Both the position numbers and the translations under genes were made by a program. DNA of 63,991 bases, filler included, from Hausera hauseri (lineage: Eukaryota): assembly GCA_046269625.1 (NCBI GenBank). It is 10 parts of 10 records of this genome, joined end to end, with 100 filler letters (N's around TTAATTAATTAA, not from the genome) between each part and the next. Parts side by side here need not be neighbours in the genome. Positions count along the whole stretch, not along the records: positions 5,420 to 15,820 come from JBJURY010193304.1; positions 15,921 to 23,073 come from JBJURY010035002.1; positions 23,174 to 28,306 come from JBJURY010325161.1; 7 more parts are not named here. One strand, written 5' to 3'. This document shows positions 10,850 to 23,752 of the stretch, piece after piece. The notes below the pieces were generated by a model. The model made no database searches. It saw nothing but the letters and a program-made list of their open reading frames with translations, and was not told the DNA's origin. The first letter of the stretch is position 1; each line of letters begins with the position of its first letter.

Positions 10850-13549
10850 AAAATCCTAAGTCCATCAGACAAAAACTCCGATTACCTTCACTATGCCGTC
10901 GACAGGCAGTCCAAGCAGAATTCTCTGCTCTCAAAGAAAGTGGAATTATACACCGTTCCAAATCGCCTTGAGCATCTCCACTTCATGTAGTTCCAAAAAA
11001 CATGGCACATTCCATCCATGTGGCGATTACCGCTAACGTAATACCGTTACCACGATGGACGCATATTTATTACCATTCTTAAAGGATATCCTATATTCAC
11101 TCCACAAAATCACCATTTATTCAGCTATAGATCTTGAAAAGGCCTACCATCAGATACCGGTAGAGCCACAAGACATTAACATAACTACCATAATCACACT
11201 TTTGAGTCTTTTTGAATATGCATTCATGCCGTTGAGTTTTTAAAACACAGCACAAACTTTTCAACTGCACATAACCTCTATACTTTTAGGTTTACCATTC
11301 GCATACCCATGCATCGACGATATACTGTTCTCATCAACTTCGCCTAAACAGCACGAAGAACACGTTAAATTAGTCTTTCAACGATTGCATAATAACAACT
11401 TGCAAGTCAACTTTGCTAAATGCTCGTTCTTTCAGGAAAAAGTAAACTTTATCGGCCATATTATCACATCCAATGGACATAGTCCACAACCTGATAGAGT
11501 CCAACAACTAAGAAATGTCGATTTACCCAAAACCACAACAGATGTGCGCGGTTTTCTCAAAACCTTGAATTTTCATCCACAAATACGTACCACACTGATG
11601 TCAGCTAACTGCTTCTTTCGCTAAACTAAGAGTAGGAAAAAGAACAGACTTTATACTAGACACCAGACCTTGTAAATTTGTTGAGCTACGTAACAGGCTC
11701 AAAATAGTTGAAATCTTGGCCTACCCAAGGCCTTACGCTGATCTTATCCTAACAACTGATGCATCAAGAGCAGCAGTCGGAATAGTTCTCCATCAAACTT
11801 ACCAAGAAACAAACGAACCACTTGAGTTTTTCTCAAGGAAATTACAACCACAAGAATGTCTCTATTCCACATTTGGTAGACAATTGTTAGGCATTATTTT
11901 AGCACTTAAACACTTTTCACACCTCCGGATCGCCTGCTCCTTTATCATTCAAAATGACCATAAATCTCTTGTTCGTTTTATGAGCATAAAAATCCATCAC
12001 CTCGGCAGGACAGACATATTTCGTATTTGTCAACGTTCAACTTGAAAAATTACTATACTTCTGGCATAGAAAATTTAATTGCTGACTTTTTGTCTCGGTC
12101 GGTTGGTACGATAAGTGTTATGTCTATTTTCTTCAAAGACCAACTATTTCAAAACCGTCCAACCACTGAGATACTCAACCAGTATAAATGAGTCCAAATA
12201 ATCGATGGCGTTGCCATGGGCACCTCGAAACCTGGGAATCACGTACCGACTTTAGCACCAACTCTTCAACAGGCACTTTTCAATCACGTGCATTCATTGC
12301 ATCACCCATGTGCGAAGGCTATTTTCCGCCTTCTTAAAAACCATGTAACCTGGCCATCAATGAGGTCTGACGTACAGGACTGGGTTAGGCAATGTGTTGC
12401 TTTCCAAAAATTTAAGATAGCCAGACATCTTAAGCCACCATTATTTCATTTTCCCTGTACGTTCCGCTTCAAATCTCTCCATTTAGACATTGTCGGTTCT
12501 TTACCATCGGATAACGGTCATCAGTTCGTCATAACAATAATGGGCCGAGCATCTTGTTCATTTGAGGCAATTTCCCTTTGCTCCACTAATACGGATTCCA
12601 TCGCCGATGCTTTTATAAGGATTTGGATCAGTAGGTTCGGTTCCTCACGTTATATTATCACAGGCGAAGACTCCCAATTCGAATCAAACCCAATCGTATC
12701 TTTAGTTAATCGACTAGGCATAAACCACATCCATACAACTCCATACCATCTCCAGTCAAACGGTTTACTGGAACGTTTCCACATAACACTTACAATTTCA
12801 ATATAAATCCTGACAGAAACTCACGTGAATTATACTACCATCCTTCCATTCGTACTACTTGGGTGGCGTAACACTCCATCTACATCTACAGGTTGCGCAC
12901 CAGCAAAAGCACTTTTCGGCACTACAATACGTGCACCTTTGAACTAACTGACTTAGACAATACACCGATTGACCAGACAATACGATCCGAACACAATCAT
13001 TTCGTCCGGCTACGTCTGGACTCCATTTGCAAAATTATACATGGCGACAAGTCATATTTATCCGAATCGACATTTAATGCTAAATTCCTATGGTTGAAAA
13101 ATCCTACATCATCTGAATTTCAACCAAATTACTTAGGACCTTTTAAAGTCCTAAATGTAACGTCACAAACAGTAACAATTTTTAAGAATGAAAAGGAACA
13201 AAACATCCACATAATAAACGTAATACCAGCATTCTTTGTTAATGACTCCCCTGACTCCTCGCCTAAGTTCACACCGACCTTTCTAAACTCTTTCAATCAC
13301 TCATCGAAATTCAGTGCTTCCTGTAACTTGCCAACATTTCAACCTTTCACTTTAAAATTACCATCAACTCAAACCAATACATTAAACAACTTACCGACCA
13401 GTCCTCAATCTGTTGACATTTCAAATCATCACACAATGTCACCTCAACCATTTCAGCGGACAACTAAACAGCAAATCACACAACGTAAGTCGGTTACGTT
13501 TAGCAAGTACAGTAGGAAACAAAATATCGAAAACTACAAGGTCTTATAA
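10850..13549 (+). mobile_element. Decayed Ty3/Gypsy pol (RT, RNase H, integrase)
   Basis: SPLHVVPK, IDLEKAYHQIPV, CIDD (YxDD), LTTDASRAAVG...YSTFGRQLLGI, H-H-C-C integrase zinc finger remnant, LHLDIVG, TTPYHLQSNGLLERFH. Many stops and frameshifts. Confidence 0.93.
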
Positions 13550-13635
13550 ATAGAGAAACCGAACAGGACATAAACCTTGTTCCTTTTTGCGATTTTTTCC
13601 TTTCACTTTTCATTCTTTATAGTAGACATTTTTGT

Positions 13636-13800
13636 TACGGGGATGTAATATGGTGCCGCGATTACGGGCGCCGCCACCACATTTAGCAACAGGTTCACAA
13701 ATCGGTGCCATTAGACAGGCGTTTTATTCGCCACGACCGTTGTTTGGCAGTTTTCGTATGGTTGGACGAAAAGCCTGAACGTTAACGCTTGGTAAAATTC
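13636..13800 (+). repeat. Possible polypurine tract and start of 3' LTR (ggggaTGTAATATGGTGCC...)
   Basis: A G-run followed by a TG-initiated, GC-richer segment lies just downstream of Gypsy pol. No partner LTR is visible. Confidence 0.35.
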
Positions 13801-13805
13801 ATCTA

Positions 13806-14567
13806 TTGAATATTTTTCGCAGAAAAAAGAAGTTAGTTGAAGAAGAATTAATTTACATTGCCGAAACGTTAAAAGAAATAGATGAATTATCTAACCGCTA
13901 TATTTTGTTCGTTAAACTAATTAGGAAAATGAATATAAATTCATCCAACTACTTTGAGTTCTATACTTCAACACCAATGTGCAAAACATTTCACGTTGAG
14001 AATATTATTCCAACTACAATAGACGTCCAAACATTTGATGAACAAAACTTTTGGTCAGTTGATCCACTTTTGATAGAAGACCATTGTAAATCTGGAAAAG
14101 TTTACAAAAATAAACTGGACAATAAACAATAAGACAAGAAACCATTTGATTATTTGGGTGGCAGGAATATCATATTTGATTAACTCTATTCTCCAGATAA
14201 TGTTTATGAAAATCTATTTCTATCACCCGATTTGCAAAAGATGACTATACAAACAAACAACGCTAGTCAATCTGGATTAAAAAAATGTCCACAAAAGTCA
14301 CCAATTCATTTCATTGATGCTAAAGATTGGCAAATGTACATGCAATTTGCAACTGTTAAAAATGCTTCTGTAGCCAGTATTCGTTCACAAAAAAGTTTTA
14401 ATGTTGCTGGATCATCAGGAAAGATCGCAAAAGTGAAATCGAAAAAGATTCATCGGCTACTGAATACTATCTATAATCTATATCAGGAATATACGGAGCT
14501 ATATGAGGACTATGAGAAAGTATACAATACTGTGAACGAAAAGTTAAGCTGTTGGTTAAATATTTGA
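13806..14567 (+). pseudogene. Unknown ~253-codon ORF with two in-frame stops, antisense and 3' to a Gypsy integrase
   Basis: ORFs 13806-14132 and 14232-14567 share one frame (offset 426 nt). Confidence 0.4.
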
Positions 14568-14803
14568 TATCTATAACGAGAAAATAATCCAAACGATTGA
14601 AATGGCGTTAAAAATAGGTAATTGACATAAAATTTCAAAATTATTCAACTGAAATGCTAAATCCGCAAATAAACAGTAAATAATTCAAAATGTCTGAAGA
14701 TCGATTTACTTAGTTTGTACAAAACAATCATAAAAATATAATTACAATATTTAAACAAATCATATTTCTCGGATAAGTGTGACGAAACGAAATAGGCACA
14801 ACG

Positions 14804-15820
14804 TTAGAAAGCCAAATGTTCACTTGAAACTAAAGATATTGATGCATCCATAGTGGCCGAAATTTCAATATCGCTGAAGCCGTTAACTGGATCTCCATCA
14901 GAATCAAATATAGGATTTGATAAATTAATACTTGATTCACTACAATCTGATAGTTCCAACACTGAAAATTCTGGGGTTGGGTAACATGCAACGGGAGTGT
15001 CCATATTGAATGGATCAATCTTCTCGTAGTTTTGTCGAAGCATGTCTGCTTCTGACATGCTTGATATTTTTTGTTCTATAGGATCTTCCGTATCGGAATC
15101 GTGATATCCGAATGCGGGTTTTACATTTAACAAGTGGACTATATGTTCCTCATTGCCGCGTAATATATTGGCGTTTTGCTCAGTGATTTCTATGAGCTTG
15201 TAGGGGCCCGTATAGCACGGTTCAAAACCGTGCCTTTGCTGGCTTTTGTGCCAGATAAAGGATGCGTCTTGTAGGTTCTTGGGCATGATTGGTTTCTTGT
15301 GATTGTTGTGGAATGCAGGTTTCGTGTCTATTGACAGGAAATGCTTCCGGGCTTGGTTGAGAGCAGTATTTGAAATTACTTCCTCGTTGCTCACCAAATT
15401 TTGTGGGAACGTAAGGTGGGCACCAAATAATAGTTGTGCCGGAGAGGCATCAGTGCTAGTGTTCGGAGTGTTTCTCTATCCTAATAGCACGATGGGTAAT
15501 GCATCCAGCCAATTCTTGTTTTCGTGGCATAGGATGTGTATGGATGATTTGAGTGTACGATGAAATCGTTCAATCAAGCCATTCGCCTGCAGGTGGTAGG
15601 GTGATGTGTGAATATGCTTTGAACCAAGCGATTTGGTTAACTGCTTAAACATGGCTGACTCGAATTGGGTACCTTGGTCTGTAATAATGTTTTTGGGTAC
15701 TCCGAACCGAGAAATCCATGTATTTAGTAATACAGCCACAACACTTTGCGTTGTTATTTGGCGGATTGGAATGGCTTCGGGCCATCTTGTTTTCCGGTCC
15801 AGAATGGTTAGGATATACTG
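14804..15820 (-). mobile_element. Second Gypsy pol fragment (integrase core and C-terminus)
   Basis: WISRFGVPKNIITDQGTQFES...TSPYHLQANGLIERFHRTLK, followed by the GPY motif YTGPYKL. Confidence 0.93.
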
Positions 15821-15920
15821 NNNNNNNNNNNNNNNNNNNNNNNNNNNNNNNNNNNNNNNNNNNNTTAATTAATTAANNNNNNNNNNNNNNNNNNNNNNNN
15901 NNNNNNNNNNNNNNNNNNNN
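15821..15920. other. Artificial contig linker
   Basis: N-run with TTAATTAATTAA. Confidence 0.98.
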
Positions 15921-18500
15921 ATATTTTTATCTACAAACAACCTCAGCTTCCTGAAGGCTAATTCTTTAATACACAATACTGATAACATGATTATTAGCTT
16001 TAATTTGAATTATCAATATTCTAAATAGGACAATATAATCTCAAATCATTATTTCAACTTACAGTTAATAAAAACATTCTTGGCGGATTTGTCGAACGAG
16101 TTTATATGTTGGATACAGGGGTCATATATCTCGACTTTAACGCGTACCCACATAAAATAATATCAGGGCACCTATATTCACTAAATTCCGAAATATGAAT
16201 TCCTACTCGTCCCATAATGTGGATTTGTGAGTTAAATAGTCCTAAATTCTAATCATCATCCTAATTTCGTACATGTTCTTCATTCACTATTTAAGCCACT
16301 AGCAATTATCTGTTTAATGTAGCTTCTGTTAAATCAAAACTTTCCATATGTTGTTATTGTATACAATTTTAAACTATTAAATATAATAATTACCCTAACC
16401 CTTAATTTGTATTAGCCATCTATTAATCTTTCATTTCCATTCTTCTTTGTTCTTATTTGCTCATACTTATTATTCATCCGTTTATTTATTGGTTTGGGTT
16501 TTGTTCTAACCACACAATAAATCATCAGCTTCGATCCCATTCCTTCTTTCAAAAGAATTTCCATATATAGCACTTTGATTATTCTATCTCAAAATATTGC
16601 AGTTTAACCACCTATTACCATTTCTCTTACATTTCTTAAATTTACTAGTTTATGCGAACTTATTCAATCAATACCTAATCCTTCATTTTATTCTACAATA
16701 CACTTCATCTTATTCTATAATGACCTTAATCTCCATTGATAACTCATTGCCGGCAACCAACTAAGTCTCATATTTTCTCCTACAATAATATAAGTTAATA
16801 TCTTTAATATATTGTTAAACAATATGAGAGTGCATCAGTATACAGTAGTCATATCGAATACACCTGTTTTGTATTATCGTCAAAGAATATTTTCATCTTG
16901 TCTCCAAAGAATATCCTCATTATTAATATCGTGGATATTATTGTCTTATTATATTTTATTATCACATCGTAACTCAATAAGTAATTGGAAAATTTTATAA
17001 TCATTGTACAAGGAGAGTTATCATCTGGTTCATCAGGTAGCTCTACTTTATATTCGAATTATTTGATTATGTCCAATCCATTAATTTCCTAAATCTCATT
17101 GTAAATGATTTAAGGTTATAGTACAGCTTATATATAAAATTGTAATCAAAATTTCCAAATCAAACGTATATAATACAACGCAATTATCAATATTCTTCCC
17201 ATTAAATCCTTCCATTGAATCTTGATAGATTCGGAATAACTAAATTCAATTTAACAATTTTCAATAAAAAATCATTCATCCAGCCGGACATTGAATTATC
17301 GAATGGTAGTTTCATCATTTTATCGAGTGTCGGTATATTCGAAGTTCATATGTCATTCAAACATCGTCCTTCTTGTCATATCATCTATGAACCATGATAA
17401 TGTGAATCGACTTTTACAGCATTGATGTTTAACCGTTCTCCTTTTATCCCGGTAGAAAACTTGTAATTTTCATGAAAAAATCTCGAATACATTTGTTCGC
17501 AGTACCCGGCCGTTTTCTGTATGAAGATATTTTCTTTCGACATTTTGACAACAATCTCATGATGAATCATCTTGATCGTCACTTGATTTCACCTAGACGA
17601 TTATCTTGTGCAAAATTATATTTTGACAAATTTTACAACATAAATAAAAATAATAAGAATCAGGGGGTAATATATCAACATAAATTTTACCCGTGGTTTC
17701 TGTAGAGAATTCTGAGTCATTAACGTTTCTTTCTGCCATAACCGTGTGAATAACTTTTGATTAAATTAATCTTAGTCAGAATTAATGCTTAGTGTCTATT
17801 CCACAAAAGTTCAGATCTGTTCCGAAATATTTCTACTTGATTGGGCTCTGCAATTTCAATATTAAACGAAATTACAAATTCATTGTAATCAAACACAAGA
17901 CCTACTGTAAGGTCGTTACAATATGAAGATCTGTCTCAAAATTATAAATTAGAGATTAAATTTTGCTGTGTCTTATGTTGGCTTTCAGCTTGCTTATATA
18001 CCAGTTAGCAAGCATTCATAATTGAATTCCATCACTAACTCACAATTGATTTTCAAAATTACTCATAAGTTAAATAGTCACAATTGATCACAAGGGTCGT
18101 CACTAACCGTCAATTTCAAAACACATTTTAAATTTACCGACCATTGAGATTCTAAATTATTCAAATTTCAATGTTCATTAAATGCTCTACGTGAACTTCT
18201 GAAACACCCAATTTGTTAAAACTTACATTTAAAACTTTTTACTCGATGTTGATGTTCATTTAATGCTTTAGATGTTCATTAAATTAACCGGTAAACCGCC
18301 TGCCTTGGATAACAACACATGCACAGCGTACAGTATCAATAATAATGAAATACCCATCACAGGGGTTTCACAAATAAATAAGAGTAAAAAGAAGAATGAA
18401 TTTATTTTACAGTTAAATTAGTGCATTGTCAATGTCAAAAAATTGTTTTTAACATGTGTCAAAATTTTTTTATCATATTGTCAGAATGATAACAATTTTG

Positions 18501-19103
18501 TTATTTGCTGTCTTCAGAATATCTCGACATTTCTGCTGCTAATGTATCTCGACATTTCTCCCCCCCTTTGAAAAGGATTCGGTCCTTCGGATAACTCTGG
18601 GTACTAACATCGATAAAACTGAGAATTTTGAGTCTAAATGTTAACGTCGCATCATAGACTGGATTCATCCAATGGCATAATCGGTGAGTTCGGTTGTCGT
18701 AAGTATAGGAAAAGTGATAGTAAACTGATGGTTGACGGCAATACGGGCATGATATATCGTTCTGGAATGTCATTTGAAGTGCATCAATTGGATCAATGCA
18801 TTGTAGGAATTGGGATCGGAGTTTGTTGAAACATGTTGCACACAAGGTGTGGTTACAATAGAATTGAACTACTGTTATTCCTCCGGTAAGGCAAATTGTA
18901 CAAACATAGGTCGGAAGTTAATCGTAGAAGAGAATTTGCAGTGTTGCCCAAAGATCAGGTGTGGCTAGATCGGAAATAAGATCGATTCGACATTTAGTGA
19001 GTACGGGAAACCAATCTTGTTGTAATGATATTGGCATTGGAGGACTATAAGATATAGTTGGTGTAGGAGTTATTGAAGGTGCCGGTACTGGTAGTTCGGG
19101 CAA
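18501..19103 (-). pseudogene. Pro-rich segment plus RING finger (one in-frame stop)
   Basis: 18918-19103 and 18501-18845 share a frame. CTIC...CNHTLCATC...CPYC is a C3HC4 RING. Confidence 0.7.
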
Positions 19104-19276
19104 TTTTCGAATGATTCGTTCAGGATGATAACGTGGATGTGGTATTGAAGATGATTGTTGTAATAGAGATTGGACATTTATATGGGGTAAAAGTACTTGA
19201 AATGTAATTGGTGGTGGTCTAGTTATTGTGGCTAGAATAAAACGATGAATGGGAATTCAATTCTAACTGGCGATTG

Positions 19277-19815
19277 CTATTCTAATCGAAAGTATCTGGT
19301 TGGTAGTAATTGGGGAATTGGCGTGTTAGTAATGGTAAGCAAGGCTCGTCTAGGGTGATGGAAGTATGAATATATAAATTCGGGGCAAAAATAGCATATG
19401 CTACAGATTAGACGGCGGAGATGGGATTCTAATTGATAACAATGAGAACAATATTCGGCATTACAGCAGCTGAACTGGTAGGCTGTTTTATTAGGCTTTT
19501 GACATAGGCAACAAGTGTGGAGTTGAAAATATGGGATGGAAAAAGGTGTTGATGGATCCCATGTATAGTAATATGTAAAGTGGTCTGCAGGTTCGATAAT
19601 GTCAAACGTTTGGGCATCAAGTAAGGACTGGTCCGTATCGGGCGGAAATACATAATGTTGAATGCAGTACTTAATTTCATATTTACAAATTGGGCAGTGA
19701 GGCATATGATTCGCCTGGAATCGAGCTCCATCTATACAGTATAGGCATAGCATATGCAGGCATGGTGTTAATCTGTACACGATATTGAGGATTGCTCGAC
19801 ATTCCATACATTCTG
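19277..19815 (-). CDS. Double RING-finger protein/exon
   Basis: CMEC...PCLHMLCLYC...CPIC and CCLC...CCNAEYCSHC...CSIC. It is preceded by the splice acceptor ttttgttttctcag. Confidence 0.75.
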
Positions 19816-19907
19816 AGAAAACAAAAATAGGTAAAATTAATTGAGATTTAATTCAATTGTATTAAGATTTGTACGTATGTTATTATCTTCGATATACAAT
19901 GAGTTCG

Positions 19908-20849
19908 TTAGGTATGTAATAACTGTTTGCTCAAATGGATTATGAGTACTGGGTCTGTTGAGAAATTTGCAGCCATAGGGTGATGGCATAGATCGAAAAA
20001 ACAATTGGTACTACTAATAGGCAATTTTAATGAACATAAGAGTAGATCAAGTTGTGATGTTATTATAAATTTATGTTTCAATATATCTTGTATAAGGAGT
20101 AAGAAATTTTCGTTATCGATTTTATTCAGGGTAAGGTGATCGGTTATGCCAGTAAAAGGTGTTCTCCAATCAATAACTTTATGTCTTGGATACATTTGTT
20201 GCTGTAATAAAATTTTGCCTTTATAATCTAAAATGGCAATGTCAATGATGGTCTGGTTAATAGTCATAGGATTAGGTTGAGTGGTGACATAATTATAAGA
20301 TACAAAGGAGAATATGGGTTCTAAATCTGATAGAGATATGTCCTCTGGTATGGAAATGTATTTATTGATCGATGATAATGATTTGAGTATAAACATTGGT
20401 TGGTTATCGTCCTTATTTTGGGTATATAGAAGTTGTGGCTGAGTTACTTCTATAGCATATGTACAGTTATTCGAAGATGAAATTGTAAAAGACGATAATT
20501 CCGTAGGAGGAATAGTAATAATCACACTAGAGTTATTAAGTAGTTCGTGGTTAATGTCAAATATAGGATCATTATAATTGATAGTGACTGTTAATTTGCC
20601 ACTGGCAAGATGTACGGCTATAATATCGAATTTTCGCGGTTGGTCGGTAAGAATCAATTGGGATAAGGAATTGATAATATCAGTGGTTGTTTGTTGGATA
20701 GACATTTGTTTAGCATAAAGTTGAAGTTTCTCAGACTTTAGGTTATTTGGAATCGCTGTTTAATTGGAAAAAACATGACACAATTGGTCTACACTCAGGT
20801 AGGACGCCAAGGCGTCATAAAAAGTTTGTGAATCAGTGTAGGCCTCCAT
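19908..20849 (-). pseudogene. Protein with C-terminal REX4/ISG20-like DEDDh exonuclease fold, catalytic acids apparently lost
   Basis: IAILDYKGKILLQQQMYPRHKVIDWRTPFTGIT...IQDILKHKFII aligns by eye with REX4 VSIVN..G..VYDKYVKP..PVTDYRT..SGI...LKGRILVGH. The frame starts at ATG 20849 with one stop. Confidence 0.7.
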
Positions 20850-21177
20850 TTTCAGTCTGTAATACGAAATATGAAGATAAAAGCTTATTTACTAATCGAA
20901 TATAATTACATAAAACAATAACATATAATATTGTATTACGCGTGAATTGTACACAATGATCATGAGATTAGACATGTCAATAGTCAATAAGAATAAGAAA
21001 TGTCAATGATAAGATGACAGAGACACACAGAAATGTAGAGTGATACTAAAATATATACACACGGATAGAGAGTTAGTAAAATGTCTAGTAAATGTTTATA
21101 CTACTGTTTCACGACGCATAATAGGTAACAGTCGTTCACATTCAAAGGAATCAATCATTGGATCGCGAATCGGAATG

Positions 21178-21906
21178 TCATTGATTGTTAGATTTCGATA
21201 ACTGCGTTTCTGGGTGAATGTCTGGTGGTCGCATTAAGATAGAGACTGCCCCATAAGTTCTGGTTAAGAGTGTAGTAATAAGAGGAGTTTTCTTATATAT
21301 TCCATGTGCATAATTTTTACCGAAGAGATAAGTTTCGTTGTCGAATTTTTTATGCAGGAATGTTTGCAATAGTAAGAATCTCTTAAACGCAATAGCATGG
21401 TGCAGTGGAGTACTGTTTAAATGAGGTTGGTGTAAGACATTGTATTGTTTATTATCGAAAGCGAAATCAATGATTAACATAGCCAGAGCTAACAACAAAG
21501 GAATATCTCCATCCGTATTTGTTACGTGTAATGGAGCATTTGATTGTATAAGCATAAGAATGAACAAATCGTGGCACTCACTCATTATTGCTAGGTGTAC
21601 TATAGTATTGCCGTTTGTATCCTGGAATTTTAGTGCTGTTTCTTCATTCTCTCCTAGTTGTATTATAGCTTCCCGAGCTTTTTCTTCATTTCCGGTTATT
21701 ACTGTCAACATTGATGAAGTTGTTCCAATACTATTAGGCGTTATATAATCCACGGGATTTAATGGTTCATTCTTACATCCTAACATATAGCGTTCAGCAT
21801 TGGACATAACTGCTTTTTCATCATTTTCCACATATGAGCAGTAATCGTCTTCATTCATAGTTGACAACCATTTATCATCTTCATAAATTTCTAAGTCATA
21901 GCCCAT
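21178..21906 (-). CDS. Ankyrin-repeat protein (likely cytoplasmic part of the upstream TM protein)
   Basis: QDTNGNTIVHLAI, TNTDGDIPLLLAL, NSTPLHHAI, KTPLITTL. Confidence 0.8.
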   Translation of the reverse strand: MGYDLEIYEDDKWLSTMNEDDYCSYVENDEKAVMSNAERYMLGCKNEPLNPVDYITPNSIGTTSSMLTVITGNEEKAREAIIQLGENEETALKFQDTNGNTIVHLAIMSECHDLFILMLIQSNAPLHVTNTDGDIPLLLALAMLIIDFAFDNKQYNVLHQPHLNSTPLHHAIAFKRFLLLQTFLHKKFDNETYLFGKNYAHGIYKKTPLITTLLTRTYGAVSILMRPPDIHPETQLSKSNNQ

Positions 21907-21920
21907 ATCATTTAGGGGTA

Positions 21921-22990
21921 TTAAAAAGGTTCCGTATTAGCTGTGGTAGACTGTGACGTGTTTCGACGACGCATGTACATATAAAGAATCACTGTGACTG
22001 TCACGACGAACATCGCAATAATGAGAAAAATTATCCATACCAATGAGATTGCATTGTTGAGATGTTTCAAGCTTCCTTGTTCTGGTACTGTCGATAGATT
22101 TGAGTATAATGCATTGGATTTTTTATATTTAAATCTTCCCTTCTTTATTCTTTCTTTCATCATTTCCTCCAGGGTAGGAAGGTGTATTCTTAAATTCACT
22201 TTTCCTTTACGGGTAATGACCTGAAACAAAGCCATAGTCCTTAATTTACGAAAAGAATTGGAGTAATATTTCTGGATACGAACCGTATACAAGTGTTGAG
22301 ATATTAATTGATCACACTCAATAGTTGTAAAAGTAATCAAATAGCAAGCATTTGGGACATTTTCTAGTAAAATGATATAATTAGAACCAGGTAATTGGAA
22401 TCTCATATAGTCTGTGTCTACTTTAAAATAAATATTTGTTGGTATCAAAGTAAAAGTTCTTGAAGAATCAGCTCCAAGATGATGTTGAGTGTTGTATATC
22501 GAATAATAAGTATTATTCAACCAAAATGTATGTGGGCAAAAAGTAAGTAGTTGTAATGATAACAATCCTTGTTGATCGTTTGCTTGAAGGCAGGATTTCG
22601 TAGGTCCTCTTATTGTTGTTCTTACTCCATATGATGCATCATCATGTCTCTTTATTGCGCAAGTCAAAATATATCGTATATTGGTAGCATGCGGAATCAA
22701 CTTTAAGGTTTTATTTTTAATTATTAATTCTGCTTCGACGAATTGATTTTCTTTATATTCGGGATAGCAATCGGTGTTTGGTTTGAGATGTTTAATATTT
22801 TTTATTTCCTTTTGAAATTCTTTACGATTTTCTTTTGACACAGTAGTGGATGTGATATCTTTTTTTCTTTTTGTTGATTGTTGGTTTTTCTTTTGTATAT
22901 CATTATTAATAGAGGTCGTTTGAGTGTATTTAATTATAGACGTAACTAATTGGTATTTTCTTTCCTTCGTATCCCATCGTGTCCTTATTT
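21921..22990 (-). CDS. Single-pass membrane protein ectodomain plus TM helix, unknown family
   Basis: TM segment AISLVWIIFLIIAMFVVTVTVILYMYM followed by RRR stop-transfer. The frame is open upstream of the tracked start to ~22990. Confidence 0.6.
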
Positions 22991-23073
22991 ATTTTTCTTC
23001 ACTGCTAATCTTTGTTGTGTATTAATTTGTCTAAATTCAAAAATGTCTCCTTTATCCTTTTTGTTCTGATACC

Positions 23074-23173
23074 NNNNNNNNNNNNNNNNNNNNNNNNNNN
23101 NNNNNNNNNNNNNNNNNTTAATTAATTAANNNNNNNNNNNNNNNNNNNNNNNNNNNNNNNNNNNNNNNNNNNN
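23074..23173. other. Artificial contig linker
   Basis: N-run with TTAATTAATTAA. Confidence 0.98.
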
Positions 23174-23752
23174 AGTGCAAAAATGCGACAAATGTGCGAA
23201 CAGCTGGGAATTAAACAGGAATTTACGGCGCCTTATCAACATCAGGCAAACGGCCTGGCAAAAAGAACGATACGGACAATAAGAGACATGATTGCTACGA
23301 CTTTGAGAACAGACGAGAAGAAATCAAGCTGGGCCACCATAATCACGAGAATAGAGTTTGACATAAATACAACTTGGCAGGCAACAATCGGAATGAACCC
23401 CTTTGAAGTAGTGTTGGGGAAGAAACTGTCGTTGCATGGGTTGCATCAAGATGCGAGAGTCCAAAACAACCCAACAGCGGAGCAAAATAGTAAAAAGACC
23501 ACCGAAAGATTACAACTATTGGAAGATCAAAAACTCTGACACCGAATGTTTCAAATGGAGGAAGAGGTATTAGTAAAAAAACCCACACAAAAGAAAGAAA
23601 GATGGGATACATACGAAGGGCCATACCGAATAATTAAATTCCTTACTCCACATCAGGCGGTGCTACAATTTCCGAATAGACTGAAACGCAAGCGAATCGA
23701 GTGGTTGAAAAGAGTGACGTCAAACAATAAAACGAAGAAAGAGGGAAGTTAG
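23174..23752 (+). mobile_element. Gypsy integrase C-terminal fragment ending at a purine-rich tract
   Basis: LGIKQEFTAPYQHQANGLAKRTIRTI, YEGPYRI, and aagaaagagggaag at the end. Confidence 0.85.

Noticed and set aside
15633-15872. ORFs containing X runs (also at 27941, 41764, 46268, 50609, 55445, 59658, 59874)
   Set aside because: These are artefacts of translating into linkers.
21178-22990. Notch orthologue
   Set aside because: There are no EGF/LNR repeats or RAM WxP motif; only the topology is similar.
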